From assembly GCA_016932035.1 (NCBI GenBank), contig JAFGDR010000009.1, positions 34,845-98,844 on the forward strand: a stretch of DNA of 64,000 nucleotides, given 5' to 3'. The DNA comes from Candidatus Cloacimonadota bacterium (lineage in GTDB: Bacteria > Cloacimonadota > Cloacimonadia > JGIOTU-2). This document shows positions 1 to 10,389 of this stretch, piece by piece; positions within the stretch are counted from its first letter, which is position 1, and every line of letters begins with the position of its first letter. A program made the translations under genes and the position numbers. The notes beneath the pieces were generated by a model. It did not search any database. It saw only the letters and a program-made list of their open reading frames with translations, and was not told the origin of the DNA.

Positions 1-164
1 TCAACACAGTCGTAGCAATGAAATCCATATTCATCAAAGCATCTACATGGGGTGATGTTTTTATCGCTGCAATTTCGAGCTTGATATTTGCTGGAATACT
101 TATTTATTTCATGCTCAAAATGTTCAAAAATGAAAAGATATTATTTAGGATTTGAGGAGTTTTC

Positions 165-1544
165 ATGATCGAGAAAAATATATCAAAATATAACAAATTA
201 TTTTCTGAATATACCGAACTACGTGTTCAGGAAAACAGGAATTGTTCAATATCGGTTGTCAATGGTGACATCATGGGCAACAATAAGAGTTCTGAAAGTG
301 GTGTTTCTGCTCGTGTCTACAAAAAAGGCGTTTGGGGATTTTCATCAAACCCGACAATTTCTGATGAAACCGTAAAAGATGTTATACAAGCAGCTACAGA
401 AAATGCGTTGTACCTTAACGATAGGGAACGCAAAAATAAAGAACCCCTTCCCAAAACGATCGGTACTGCTGAGAAAGATTTCATGACCGATAAGCAGAGA
501 AAAACGCAGAAAGAGATGATCGATTTTCTGAAAGAAGTGGATGATCATATCGGAAAAACGTATAGCGATCTGACTGCAAGAACGACAATGTATAGATGTC
601 TTGAAATGGAAAAAGCATTACTAACGTCTGAAGGTTCCCATTCGTATTCTATGATACCGAGGTCGATCATTTATATTGTAATGAGTTTGGTCAAAGATGG
701 TCAACCTTTCGAGTTGTATGAAGTTCATGGTGGATTCGGGCAGTTTGAAGATATTTTTGATAAACCAGATGATATCTTCGAGAAATTACAGATCCAGTAT
801 GATCATTTGAAGAAAAAATCTGAAGGAGTGTATGCAAAAGCAGGTGTTGCAGATTGTATCTTTGCCCCTGATCTTGCAGGAATTCTCTCACATGAAGCAA
901 TCGGGCATACCGTGGAAGCTGATATTGTTCTCGGTGGTTCTGTTGCAGCAGATTATCTGAATAAACAGGTAGCGAATCCAAACCTGACAATGGTCGATTT
1001 TGCTAATACTGCTCTGGGGCAGATGTGTCCAATTCCTGTTTTTGTTGATGATGAAGGAACGAAGGCAGAGGATGCAGTCCTTATTGAGAACGGTATCTTA
1101 AAAACATTTATGCATAATAAAGAAAGTGCTCAGCACTTTGGCGTGAAACCGAATGGCAATGCTCGTGCATATACCTATTCTGATGAACCGATCATACGTA
1201 TGAGAAATACTGCAATAGTCCCAGGTAAAGATAAACTCCAAGATATGATCGCATCGATCGATGATGGATATTATCTTATGCAGGCTTCGAACGGACAAGC
1301 AGATTCAACCAGTGAATTCATGTTCGGTATTGTTAAAGGGTATGAGATCAAAAATGGTAAACTCGGTCGTGCTTTAAAGGATACAACCATCTCTGGTGTA
1401 GCATTTGATATGCTCAAAACTATCTCTATGATCTCTGATGATATGGTCTGGTCATGTGGCGGCATGTGCGGAAAAAAACAGCTCATTCCTGTTGGTATGG
1501 GTGGTCCAGCAGTAAAATGCAAAGTGAACATTGGAGGTAAATAA
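165..1544 (+). CDS. tldD: TldD-like metalloprotease (TldD/PmbA family, HExxxH-containing member)
   Basis: 459 aa; HEAIGH motif; C-terminal GGMCGK typical of the TldD/PmbA fold. Stop overlaps the next start in ATGA (translational coupling). Confidence 0.75.
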   Translation: MIEKNISKYNKLFSEYTELRVQENRNCSISVVNGDIMGNNKSSESGVSARVYKKGVWGFSSNPTISDETVKDVIQAATENALYLNDRERKNKEPLPKTIGTAEKDFMTDKQRKTQKEMIDFLKEVDDHIGKTYSDLTARTTMYRCLEMEKALLTSEGSHSYSMIPRSIIYIVMSLVKDGQPFELYEVHGGFGQFEDIFDKPDDIFEKLQIQYDHLKKKSEGVYAKAGVADCIFAPDLAGILSHEAIGHTVEADIVLGGSVAADYLNKQVANPNLTMVDFANTALGQMCPIPVFVDDEGTKAEDAVLIENGILKTFMHNKESAQHFGVKPNGNARAYTYSDEPIIRMRNTAIVPGKDKLQDMIASIDDGYYLMQASNGQADSTSEFMFGIVKGYEIKNGKLGRALKDTTISGVAFDMLKTISMISDDMVWSCGGMCGKKQLIPVGMGGPAVKCKVNIGGK

Positions 1545-2839
1545 TGAAAACTGATAGAGAACTCGTTAAATATTGTATCGACCGCATGATGGCAAAAGGT
1601 GCTCAGAAAGCTCAGTGCTATCTCAAATTCAATAAAAAACACGAACTCAATGTCGATGCCGGAGAGATGACCCTCTTGAGAACGACCTTCGATACCAGTC
1701 TTATGCTTAAGGCAATTATCAATGATCAAAAAGGCGTTCTCAAACTCAATAAAAAAGATACCGAATCAATAGATAAAGCAGTTGACCAGGTGATCGAACT
1801 TGCTCAGTCCTCCCTGCCAGATACTGCAAATGATATTGCAGAAAAACAGCCTCCGAAAGAATTCACTGCAGGAAGAGAAAATCCGGACCTCGATCTTATG
1901 TATGACCGTTTGCATGATTTTGTTCTGTATGAAAAAGACCACTATCCGAAAACAGTAATAGAACAGGCGATCATCGATTTTACGCAATCGAATATACTTA
2001 TCCAAAACTCAAATGGTGTTGATTTTGCAGGAAACAGAGGTGTCTATTCATTTTCGGTTATGTTCACATCAAAAGAAGGCGAGAAGGCATCATCGTTCAA
2101 TTATTCGGGATGCTCAATGAAAGAGATCGACAAATCTCTGCATGAGTTTGCTTCTGTCGATGCGCTTCTCAAACAGTCCGGTGAGCAGATACATACTTCG
2201 GCTTTTCCGGGCAAAATGGTTTGTGATGTGATTATTACTCCGGACTGTCTTTCATCATTTATCCATTATATTACCGCGTATTTATCAGATTATTCTCTTA
2301 TATCCGGAAGCTCCATCTATAAGGATAAACTGAATGAGAAGATTGCACATGAGATGTTCACCCTTCATTCATCACCCCGATCGCCGGAAATGGCAAAGAA
2401 TTATTTCTTCACGACTGATGGTTATGAAGCACAAAACATGACGATTATTGATAAAGGGATACTTCGATCATTTCTTCTGTCACAATATGGTGCCAAAAAA
2501 ACGGGAAAACCCAAAGCAGTAAACAGCGGTGGGTGCTACATTCTCGAACCTGGCACTGCATCATTTAATGAGATGGTTTCATCAATTGATAAAGGATTAT
2601 TGTTATGCAGATTTTCCGGGGGCAATCCGAGTGATAATGGAGATTTTTCCGGAGTTGCCAAGAACAGTTATGTGATCGAAAATGGAAAAATAGAAAAACC
2701 GGTTGCTGAAACCATGGTTTCTGGAAACATTGCAGAGATAATCCAAAATATTGTAAATATATCGAAAGAAAGAATCGATTATGGGAGTGCCATGTACCCC
2801 TGGATGCAGGTGAAGGGGATCACTGTTTCAGGAAAATAA
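1544..2839 (+). CDS. pmbA: PmbA/TldE-like partner of TldD (no HExxH)
   Basis: 431 aa; same family architecture (GGxxxxxxxG C-terminal region 'CRFSGGNPSDNGDFSGVAKNSY'); coupled to upstream tldD via ATGA overlap. Confidence 0.65.
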   Translation: MKTDRELVKYCIDRMMAKGAQKAQCYLKFNKKHELNVDAGEMTLLRTTFDTSLMLKAIINDQKGVLKLNKKDTESIDKAVDQVIELAQSSLPDTANDIAEKQPPKEFTAGRENPDLDLMYDRLHDFVLYEKDHYPKTVIEQAIIDFTQSNILIQNSNGVDFAGNRGVYSFSVMFTSKEGEKASSFNYSGCSMKEIDKSLHEFASVDALLKQSGEQIHTSAFPGKMVCDVIITPDCLSSFIHYITAYLSDYSLISGSSIYKDKLNEKIAHEMFTLHSSPRSPEMAKNYFFTTDGYEAQNMTIIDKGILRSFLLSQYGAKKTGKPKAVNSGGCYILEPGTASFNEMVSSIDKGLLLCRFSGGNPSDNGDFSGVAKNSYVIENGKIEKPVAETMVSGNIAEIIQNIVNISKERIDYGSAMYPWMQVKGITVSGK

Positions 2840-2851
2840 AAGGAGTAAGCT

Positions 2852-3307
2852 ATGATTTCATATCAGCATACCCAACGGAGTAAAATATTGATGTATATCA
2901 TCATCTTTGTACTGCTGTTCATGCTCTTTCTTATGTATATGTATGGATTCAACTGGATTGGAGCTGTGGTTATGGTCCTCATGATCTGTGCGCTGTATCT
3001 CTTCAATTCATTAACTGTGAATATCGATCAGGAAAAGGTAAAAGTTGCTTTTGGGTATGGTCTTATTAGGAAAATTATCTACCTAAGAATGATTCAATCT
3101 GCCGAAAAAGTAAGAAATAAATGGTTCTACGGATTTGGCATCAGACTCATTCCGGGTGGTCAAATGTGGAATGTTGCGGGATTTGATGCCATAGAACTTA
3201 AACTAAACAACGGAAGAGTTTTCCGCATCGGTACCGATGAGCCAGACAGACTTCTTGAAGCTATCCGATCTCAAATTGGAGTAAGTTATTTATCTCGAAT
3301 TTCGTAG
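2852..3307 (+). CDS. small membrane protein, hypothetical (two N-terminal hydrophobic helices plus soluble C-domain)
   Basis: 151 aa ORF 13 nt after pmbA, preceded by AAGGAG; N-terminus is strongly hydrophobic. Confidence 0.4.
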   Translation: MISYQHTQRSKILMYIIIFVLLFMLFLMYMYGFNWIGAVVMVLMICALYLFNSLTVNIDQEKVKVAFGYGLIRKIIYLRMIQSAEKVRNKWFYGFGIRLIPGGQMWNVAGFDAIELKLNNGRVFRIGTDEPDRLLEAIRSQIGVSYLSRIS

Positions 3308-3331
3308 CAACTTTACACATCTAGGAGTATA

Positions 3332-3910
3332 ATGAATGTACTGATTATTTATGCGCATCCTTATGAAGGAAGCTTTAATAAAGCGATACTTACCAATACG
3401 ATCGAAGGGCTAAACCATGCTGGTCATCAGTATGAGCTTATTGATCTGAATGGAGAGGGATTCAATCCCGTTCTAACCCGTGAAGAGTTGGAAAAATATC
3501 CTGAGGGTGAGTATCTCGATCCCATGGTGGGGGAGTATCTCACAAAAATTAAAGCAGCTGACCATCTTGTGTTTATCTTTCCGATCTGGTGGGGAGGTGT
3601 GCCTGCAATCCTGAAAGGTTTCTTTGATAAAGTATTGTTAAAAAAACAAACATATGACTTCAAGGGAAAATGGCCCCAAGGGAAGCTGAAAGGAAAATCC
3701 GCGACTGTTATTTCAACAATGAATAGCCCGAAAATTTTCTATAATCTCATAGGAAAAGCACCTATAAAGCACACTGTGATAAATGGCAGCTTGAAGCTGT
3801 GTGGTATTAAACCAGTTAAGTGGATTGAGTTCTCAGAAGTATTATCAATCTCACAAATAAAACGGGAAGGAATGCTCGATAGGATTTTAGATTATTTTAC
3901 GAATTTATAA
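3332..3910 (+). CDS. flavodoxin-like NAD(P)H dehydrogenase (quinone) / YwrO-MdaB-like oxidoreductase
   Basis: 192 aa; N-terminus 'MNVLIIYAHPYEGSFNKAI' and 'FIFPIWWGGVPAILKGFFDKV' match the Flavodoxin_2 / NAD(P)H:quinone reductase fold; AGGAG RBS. Confidence 0.7.
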   Translation: MNVLIIYAHPYEGSFNKAILTNTIEGLNHAGHQYELIDLNGEGFNPVLTREELEKYPEGEYLDPMVGEYLTKIKAADHLVFIFPIWWGGVPAILKGFFDKVLLKKQTYDFKGKWPQGKLKGKSATVISTMNSPKIFYNLIGKAPIKHTVINGSLKLCGIKPVKWIEFSEVLSISQIKREGMLDRILDYFTNL

Positions 3911-5125
3911 TTAATCAAAATTAACCTTGTGTGTCCCAAATAAATATGCCATTGAAAGTATTGAATTACATACACCAATTTGGCTTCTTCTCAGATGCCA
4001 ATGGTCACTTATATCTCCAGTTGATGCATATAACCAAACACCGCTAGAATTCGATTCCATCGATTTTTTTATTTTTTGAGTAAATTCATGATCTTTTGCA
4101 GCGTCGTTACTCCCTTCTGTATGAAATACATACAGTGATGAATTATGAGTATGAGAATCATCCATAGCAGCGAAGGCAAAACCACCAAAATTCTGATGAA
4201 AACCATCCATCAGTTGTAATAATTCATCGATACTCTCAAATCCAAGTCCTTTTGCAAAACCATCTATTGAATTATCGAGATCCTGAACCTTTATTCTAAG
4301 GTCATCATAACTTATGAACTCATCTTTCATTTCAATGGTGAAATGGTATCTTCTCACCTTACACCAGGAATATTCCCATGGAAAATATGCAGAGACTGTA
4401 GCGAGTGAATAGTATTCACCAGGTCCTTCATTTCCAAATACATAATAGCCACCTCCATTTTTATGAAGATCACAACTATGCATGCGACGGAACTTGTTGT
4501 GTAACCAATGCTTGATGAGGAAAGAATCTATGTCCTTAATAATATCACAAAATGAAAATTTAGTGCAACCTGATTCATCTTCTATTTGTTTCAGGTCATT
4601 GATCTTATTTGCTACAACACTGAAGGTTTCATTAACGATCTCTGGATAGTATTCGTATGCATGATAATATCCTTCACCTTCGAGATTTCCAAAATCATTT
4701 ACGGTAAGATTCATTGTTGAAAAAAGATGCATACTGTCGATAGGGGGATCGTTATAAATTGTTCCTTGAGGATTAATATACAGATTGAGCACAATCTCAT
4801 TATCATTTCTTTCACCACTCAGTTTCCAGATCTTGCAGTTACCGGTTAGATTTCCATCATCATCCTCGTAGAGATAAAAATCTTCATAAGATGTACTATA
4901 TTCAGGAAAGTCTGTTCCGCGCATACCTTTGATCAAAGTTTTGTCTTGGTAACTTTCCAGCCCAGTTAACGTAAAAGTGTACTTACCATTGAGTTTATCA
5001 TCAGTAAGATATTTAGTAACTTTTTCGCAGGAGAGGATAGTTAATATTAGAGAAGTTACTATAATAAAAAGTACTATTTTCAAGGAAGAGGAATGTAAAA
5101 ACTTATCTGTTAGTTTTGTGTTCAT
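3911..5125 (-). CDS. hypothetical secreted/lipoprotein, paralog A of a tandem pair (conserved Cys/His motifs)
   Basis: 404 aa; signal peptide then 'LSCEKVTKYLTDDK'; about 60% identical to the upstream paralog; conserved 'HTHN', 'HWHLRRS', 'GVCNS', 'CKVR', 'FCD'. Confidence 0.6.
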   Translation of the reverse strand: MNTKLTDKFLHSSSLKIVLFIIVTSLILTILSCEKVTKYLTDDKLNGKYTFTLTGLESYQDKTLIKGMRGTDFPEYSTSYEDFYLYEDDDGNLTGNCKIWKLSGERNDNEIVLNLYINPQGTIYNDPPIDSMHLFSTMNLTVNDFGNLEGEGYYHAYEYYPEIVNETFSVVANKINDLKQIEDESGCTKFSFCDIIKDIDSFLIKHWLHNKFRRMHSCDLHKNGGGYYVFGNEGPGEYYSLATVSAYFPWEYSWCKVRRYHFTIEMKDEFISYDDLRIKVQDLDNSIDGFAKGLGFESIDELLQLMDGFHQNFGGFAFAAMDDSHTHNSSLYVFHTEGSNDAAKDHEFTQKIKKSMESNSSGVWLYASTGDISDHWHLRRSQIGVCNSILSMAYLFGTHKVNFD

Positions 5126-5150
5126 GTTATCTTACGAAATGGATTTATTA

Positions 5151-6356
5151 TTAATCGTAATTTACTTTATTAGTTCCAATAAGATACATTATAAGAAGCT
5201 GAGAATTACACACACCGAAATCGCTTCGTCTCAAATGCCACGAGTCATGAATATGATGACCAGAATATATATAAACATTACCAACATGTGGATTGAAAGC
5301 ATCGGCAATAGTTTGAATGAATATATGATGTTTTGCTTCTTCATTTCGTTTAGAATCTTGATTTACGTAAATTGAAAGATTATGAGTATGAGTGTCATAA
5401 GCGGTACTAATTGCAAATCCTCCAAATTCGTTGTAAAAATCATCCATTGCATCGAAAAGAGCTTGTAAATTATCAAATCCCAATTCAGATGTGAAATTTT
5501 CTAGTTTTTTATCCAATGCTTCCATAGTAGTTTTCAAAACTTCATAAGTAAGAGTTTCTCCCTCAAGACTTATCTCGAAATGATATGCTCTCACTTTGCA
5601 CCAGGACCACTCAAATGGAAAATAAACGGTTTGAGTATAAGCTGGCAAGATACTGCCAGGTCCTTCGTGTCCGAAAATATAATATCCTCCTCCATCTTTA
5701 TGGAGATAGCAATTACCGATAGGTCTGAAAATTCCATCAGTAAGACATGATATCAGAAAAGAGGATATGCTTGAGATAACATCACAAAAACAAAAACGAG
5801 TATTAATTTCTTCAAAGGAAGAGAGTTCTTCGATTTTATTCGCAGAAACAGAATAGGTCTCATTCTCGATTTCCGGATAATATTCATAAGGATAGTACAT
5901 CCCATCACCTTCCAGGTTTCCGAAATCATCTATAGTTAAGTTCATTGTCGTAAATTTCTGCATATTATCAATAGATTCATCCAAATTTAAAGTTCCCTGC
6001 GGATGAATATAAAGATCCAATTCCACATCCTGACCGTCTCTAGTGCCTTGTATTTTCCAGATTTTACAATTACCGACAATATTACCTTCACCATCTTCAT
6101 ATAGATAAACATCATCGTAGGTTGTACTATATTCCGGATACTCGGTACCGCGTTTTCCTTTGATCATTGTGGTATCCTGATAACTATTTATTCCGGTTAA
6201 TGTGAAAGCGTATTTCCCACTGATTTTGTCATCAGTAAGATATTTCGTTACTTTTTCACAGGAAAGAACGTATAGAAACGATAGAATAATCAGTATTGCT
6301 ATAATTATTTTTAAGGGAATTGAATGGAAAACAAGGTTTACAAATTTAGTTTTCAT
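5151..6356 (-). CDS. hypothetical secreted/lipoprotein, paralog B of the tandem pair
   Basis: 401 aa; same N-terminal 'LSCEKVTKYLTDDK' and conserved Cys/His motifs; 25-nt gap to paralog A suggests co-transcription. Confidence 0.6.
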   Translation of the reverse strand: MKTKFVNLVFHSIPLKIIIAILIILSFLYVLSCEKVTKYLTDDKISGKYAFTLTGINSYQDTTMIKGKRGTEYPEYSTTYDDVYLYEDGEGNIVGNCKIWKIQGTRDGQDVELDLYIHPQGTLNLDESIDNMQKFTTMNLTIDDFGNLEGDGMYYPYEYYPEIENETYSVSANKIEELSSFEEINTRFCFCDVISSISSFLISCLTDGIFRPIGNCYLHKDGGGYYIFGHEGPGSILPAYTQTVYFPFEWSWCKVRAYHFEISLEGETLTYEVLKTTMEALDKKLENFTSELGFDNLQALFDAMDDFYNEFGGFAISTAYDTHTHNLSIYVNQDSKRNEEAKHHIFIQTIADAFNPHVGNVYIYSGHHIHDSWHLRRSDFGVCNSQLLIMYLIGTNKVNYD

Positions 6357-6431
6357 GTTGTCCTCCTAGGGAATTTTAATATATAAAAAAATTTAAATAA
6401 TTGTTATGATTTTGTGTCAAGAATAAAAATA

Positions 6432-6475
6432 TTTGACAAATAAAATTCATGTTCTAAAAAAGTGACCGACGGTCG
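6432..6475 (+). promoter_or_regulatory. putative promoter (-35 TTGACAAATAA) plus palindromic operator CCGAC-G-GTCGG upstream of tetR
   Basis: TTGACA at 6432-6437; inverted repeat ccgacggtcgg at 6465-6475, 25 nt before the tetR ATG (RBS ggag at 6491-6494). Confidence 0.35.
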
Positions 6476-6499
6476 GTCGAATATAAATCAAGGAGTATA

Positions 6500-7180
6500 A
6501 TGGCTCGAATCGTTAAGAAACATGAAGCTCGAAAGAACGAGATCCTCGACGTAGCTCAGAACCTGTTCTACACACAGGGTTTTGATAAAACTTCTATCAA
6601 CCAGATCATCGATGAAATCGGTATTGCTAAGGGAACAATATATCATTATTTTAAATCAAAATATGAGCTCCTCGATGCTGTGGTCGAGCGATTAATCTTC
6701 CAGATGAAGGATGCTGTTCAGCCAATTCTTCTGAATTCAGATTTAACACCTATACAAAAATTCAATATGGTTTTCAAGGCTATTGGGCAGATCAAATTTG
6801 AAAGAAGAGAATTCATGATAGACTTGCTCAAGGTGATGACACGAGACGAGAATGTCATTCTCCATCAGAAGATGGTGGCACGATCCATTGATTTTCTTTC
6901 TCCTGTACTATCAACAATAATCAAAGAAGGTGTTCTGCAGAATTGCTTTAACTGTGAGTATCCCGACGAAGTTGCGATATACATTATAGGTCTTTCAGGT
7001 TACTTGAATAGATATTTAACCAAAACGATCATCGATATCGAAGAAGGACGTGTAGAAGTTGATGTTTTCATTAATCATCTCAAAGGTTTCGAAAGCGTGA
7101 TAGAACGAATGATCGGTGCTGAAAAAGGCACACTTTCACTTGCGAACGAACAGCAGGTTCGAGATTTTTTTACCACATAG
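6500..7180 (+). CDS. TetR/AcrR family transcriptional regulator
   Basis: 226 aa; N-terminal HTH 'TSINQIIDEIGIAKGTIYHYFKSKYELL' is typical of TetR_N. Confidence 0.8.
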   Translation: MARIVKKHEARKNEILDVAQNLFYTQGFDKTSINQIIDEIGIAKGTIYHYFKSKYELLDAVVERLIFQMKDAVQPILLNSDLTPIQKFNMVFKAIGQIKFERREFMIDLLKVMTRDENVILHQKMVARSIDFLSPVLSTIIKEGVLQNCFNCEYPDEVAIYIIGLSGYLNRYLTKTIIDIEEGRVEVDVFINHLKGFESVIERMIGAEKGTLSLANEQQVRDFFTT

Positions 7181-7189
7181 GAGGTTTAA

Positions 7190-7891
7190 ATGCCATTACT
7201 CGAATTACAAGGCGTAACTAAAAATTACACAAAAGGGGAGCAGATCATTCCTGCACTCCGTGGAGTCGATCTGATTATTGAAAAAGGAGATTTCCTTTCG
7301 ATAGTCGGTCCATCCGGAAGCGGGAAATCAACGTTGCTTAATATCATAGGGTGTATCGATACACCAACAGATGGAAGAGTGCTGTACAATGGAAATGATC
7401 TGACAACACTTTCTGATAAAGAAAAGACCTATTACCGAAAAGAAAATATCTCATTCATCTTTCAATCCTATAACCTGATACCTGTATTGACGACTCGGGA
7501 GAACGTGGAACTTCCGCTCATCATCGAAAAGAAGTTCAGCAAAAAAGAGATCCAGGACAAAGCGATGAAGATCATCGAGATCGTTGGACTCGAAGATATG
7601 GCTGATCGATTCCCACGCGAACTTTCGGGCGGTCAAGAGCAACGCGTTGCAATTGCACGTGCATTGGTGAAAAATCCGCTTGTAGTACTAGCAGATGAAC
7701 CCACAGCAAATCTCGATTCTGAAATGTCCGAAGATATCATATCCGTTATGCAGAAAATGAATGAGGAGATACATACCACTTTCATTTTCTCAACTCATGA
7801 CCGGTTGGTGGAGAAACATGCAAAGCGAGTCATAATCCTTAGAGACGGCATGATAGCAAAAGACGAAAGGAAGAATCATGGCAACGCTTAA
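7190..7891 (+). CDS. ABC transporter ATP-binding protein (MacB/LolD-type)
   Basis: Walker A 'GPSGSGKST', signature 'LSGGQEQRVAIARAL', Walker B 'VVLADEPT'. Confidence 0.85.
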   Translation: MPLLELQGVTKNYTKGEQIIPALRGVDLIIEKGDFLSIVGPSGSGKSTLLNIIGCIDTPTDGRVLYNGNDLTTLSDKEKTYYRKENISFIFQSYNLIPVLTTRENVELPLIIEKKFSKKEIQDKAMKIIEIVGLEDMADRFPRELSGGQEQRVAIARALVKNPLVVLADEPTANLDSEMSEDIISVMQKMNEEIHTTFIFSTHDRLVEKHAKRVIILRDGMIAKDERKNHGNA

Positions 7892-9128
7892 TAAGATCGC
7901 ATGGCGCAATGTTCGCAGGAACAAGAGACGCACCTTTCTTTCTGCCCTTGTGATCGCTGTCGGACTTGCTATCTATATTTTGATGAATTCAGTTATGACC
8001 GGTATGAATCGGGCAAATATCGATAATCTCATTGATCTCAGTACTGCTTCAATAAAGATTTCAACAGAAAAGTATCATGAAGAAAAGGAAGCACTTCCCC
8101 TAAAATATGGAATTACAAATGCAGATATGCTGATTTCATTTATAAAAGATCAATCGGATGTCATTGGAGTGACACCGCGAACGCAATTTCTCGGACAACT
8201 CTCGAATTGGGAAGACATCATGCCGGTAATGGGGCAGGTCATCAATGTTGATACAGATATGACAGTTTTTGGTTTTGACAAATACATTATTGGGGAATTT
8301 CTTTCGAACGAGCAGGATAATGAGATCGTACTCGGAAAAGACCTGGCAGAGGAAATGGGCGTTGAAGCCGGTGACTACATAACACTCTATGCTCTTACCA
8401 AATTCGACAGCCGTAATGCTGATGAGTTCTATATTACCGGTTTGCTTGGTACAACTGACCCCAATATCAATCTCAATACTGCTTTGATCAGCTACCAAAC
8501 CGCAAATGACTTTCTTGATCTTGAAAATCTTGTTACTGAAGTGGATGTTGCAGTTGAGAGACGAGTTAACTTTGATCGGTTTACAAATGATGTGAACGAT
8601 CTTGCAACGACGCTTCAGCAATCGTATCCTGAACTTCACATCGAAACCTTTGAGGAAATGGCACAGGCGTTTCTCGGAATCACAGAGCAGAAACAAGTTT
8701 TTGGATCTATCATTATGCTGATCATCCTGGCAATCGCTGCGGTCGGCATTTTCAATTCAGTTCTCATGAGTGTTTACGAGCGCATCCGGGAGATCGGTGT
8801 GCTTCGGGCGCAGGGATTTGAAAGAAAAGAGATCGTTAAACTCTTCCTGTGGGAAGGATTGATCATTGGATTTTTTGGAAGCATCATGGGTGTTACTCTT
8901 GGATGTGGTGTGAATCTGTATCTTGTAATTGTAGGTTTTCCATTGGATAAATTTGCTGGTTTCCAGAGCAGCGGCATACCTTATTGGGGAGTTCTTTACG
9001 GTGAATGGAATATTGGTGCCATCGTCTTTGCATTCTGTTTTGGTCTTGTCGTTGCACTTGCTGCAAGTTACCTTCCTTCAAGAATGGCTTCGCGAATGGA
9101 AGTGACTAAAGCGCTGCGTTTCGTGTAA
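7878..9128 (+). CDS. ABC transporter permease, FtsX/MacB-like
   Basis: 416 aa; N-terminal TM, large periplasmic domain, C-terminal 3-TM FtsX-like region; overlaps the ATPase gene by 14 nt. Confidence 0.75.
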   Translation: MATLNKIAWRNVRRNKRRTFLSALVIAVGLAIYILMNSVMTGMNRANIDNLIDLSTASIKISTEKYHEEKEALPLKYGITNADMLISFIKDQSDVIGVTPRTQFLGQLSNWEDIMPVMGQVINVDTDMTVFGFDKYIIGEFLSNEQDNEIVLGKDLAEEMGVEAGDYITLYALTKFDSRNADEFYITGLLGTTDPNINLNTALISYQTANDFLDLENLVTEVDVAVERRVNFDRFTNDVNDLATTLQQSYPELHIETFEEMAQAFLGITEQKQVFGSIIMLIILAIAAVGIFNSVLMSVYERIREIGVLRAQGFERKEIVKLFLWEGLIIGFFGSIMGVTLGCGVNLYLVIVGFPLDKFAGFQSSGIPYWGVLYGEWNIGAIVFAFCFGLVVALAASYLPSRMASRMEVTKALRFV

Positions 9129-9138
9129 GGAGTTCACT

Positions 9139-10377
9139 ATGTCATTTATACAGAAATTTGCATTAAGAAATGTGGGAAGAAATAAACGCCGCTCCCTGCT
9201 TGCAGTCATTTCAGTCATGCTGTCTATTATGTTGATCATATTTCTCCAGGGATTGATCGGTGGTTTTCTTGATAACCTTGTTCATAATTATACGAAAAAT
9301 GAGACCGGACATATCAGAATTGCAACTAAAGGATTTGAGGAACGAGCAAAATTCTTTCCAGTTACAGAGAATATACAAAATCCAGAACAGATCATAAAAG
9401 CAATTACTGATGATGAATCACTGAACAAAAAGATAAAGTCGATCAGCCAGAGGATCACTTTTGGGGTGTTGCTGACAAACGATGGTAATAACAAACAGGC
9501 AGTTGCCTATGCAGGTGATCCTGAAATTGAGAAAAATTTACTCATGCTTCAGAAATCACTTCTGCCTGGAGGTAGGTACCTGCAAAATGATGATGAAGCA
9601 ATTGTAGGTAAGATTTTGGCTGATGACCTTGGTTATACACTTGGTGATAAGATAAGCGTTATGACACAGGGAAGCGACTATGCTCTTCATCTGAAGAAAT
9701 TCACGATCGTCGGTATCTTTGAAACTGGACTTACATTGTATGATGAGAAGCTGTTCCAGATACCGCTTGAAGGTGCGCAGGATTTACTTCGTATGCCGGG
9801 TGAAGCACAGCAGATCGTGATCATGCTGGATAACTATCACGAATCAGAGAAGTTAGCTGAAGATATTTCATCGAAAGTGGCAAAGTATGATGTCATCGCT
9901 TCGGCATGGTCTGAGATTGGCGGATATGCAATGTGGGTTGATATGGCAAAAAGTATCTACAACTGGATCTATATTATCATAGCTTTTCTCGGTGCATTCA
10001 TTATTGCAAACATACTGATGATGGTTGTTCTCGAGCGACGAAAAGAGATCGGTATCATCAAATCGATGGGATTTACCAATGGTCAGGTACTTTCCATGTT
10101 CGTGAATGAAGGCATGCTGCTCGGATTTATGGGAAGTGTTGTTGGTGCGATCATCGGAATTGGTATTGTGACCTTCCTGCACTATCATGGCATTGATTTC
10201 TCAAAGATGATGGGTGCTATTGAGTTCCCCATGAGTAATATTATCTATCTCAAAATAAATATTCTCAATTTTATTATTGCAGTCTTACTGGGCACGATCG
10301 TTTCGACGATCGTATCATTCTTCCCATCCAGAAGAGCTGAAAAGATGAAGATCGTCGATTCATTGAAAAGCGTATAA
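9139..10377 (+). CDS. ABC transporter permease, FtsX/MacB-like (second copy)
   Basis: 412 aa; same architecture as the preceding permease; starts 'MSFIQKFALRNVGRNKRRS'. Confidence 0.75.
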   Translation: MSFIQKFALRNVGRNKRRSLLAVISVMLSIMLIIFLQGLIGGFLDNLVHNYTKNETGHIRIATKGFEERAKFFPVTENIQNPEQIIKAITDDESLNKKIKSISQRITFGVLLTNDGNNKQAVAYAGDPEIEKNLLMLQKSLLPGGRYLQNDDEAIVGKILADDLGYTLGDKISVMTQGSDYALHLKKFTIVGIFETGLTLYDEKLFQIPLEGAQDLLRMPGEAQQIVIMLDNYHESEKLAEDISSKVAKYDVIASAWSEIGGYAMWVDMAKSIYNWIYIIIAFLGAFIIANILMMVVLERRKEIGIIKSMGFTNGQVLSMFVNEGMLLGFMGSVVGAIIGIGIVTFLHYHGIDFSKMMGAIEFPMSNIIYLKINILNFIIAVLLGTIVSTIVSFFPSRRAEKMKIVDSLKSV

Positions 10378-10389
10378 AAAGGAGTTATC

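Noticed and set aside
4977-5375. 132-aa + strand ORF spanning the junction of the two paralogous lipoprotein genes
   Set aside because: Overlaps both minus-strand paralogs, which have clear mutual homology; low-complexity product.
8136-8696. 186-aa minus-strand ORF inside the FtsX permease gene
   Set aside because: Entirely antisense to a well-supported CDS; low-complexity K/I/C-rich translation typical of AT-rich antisense frames.
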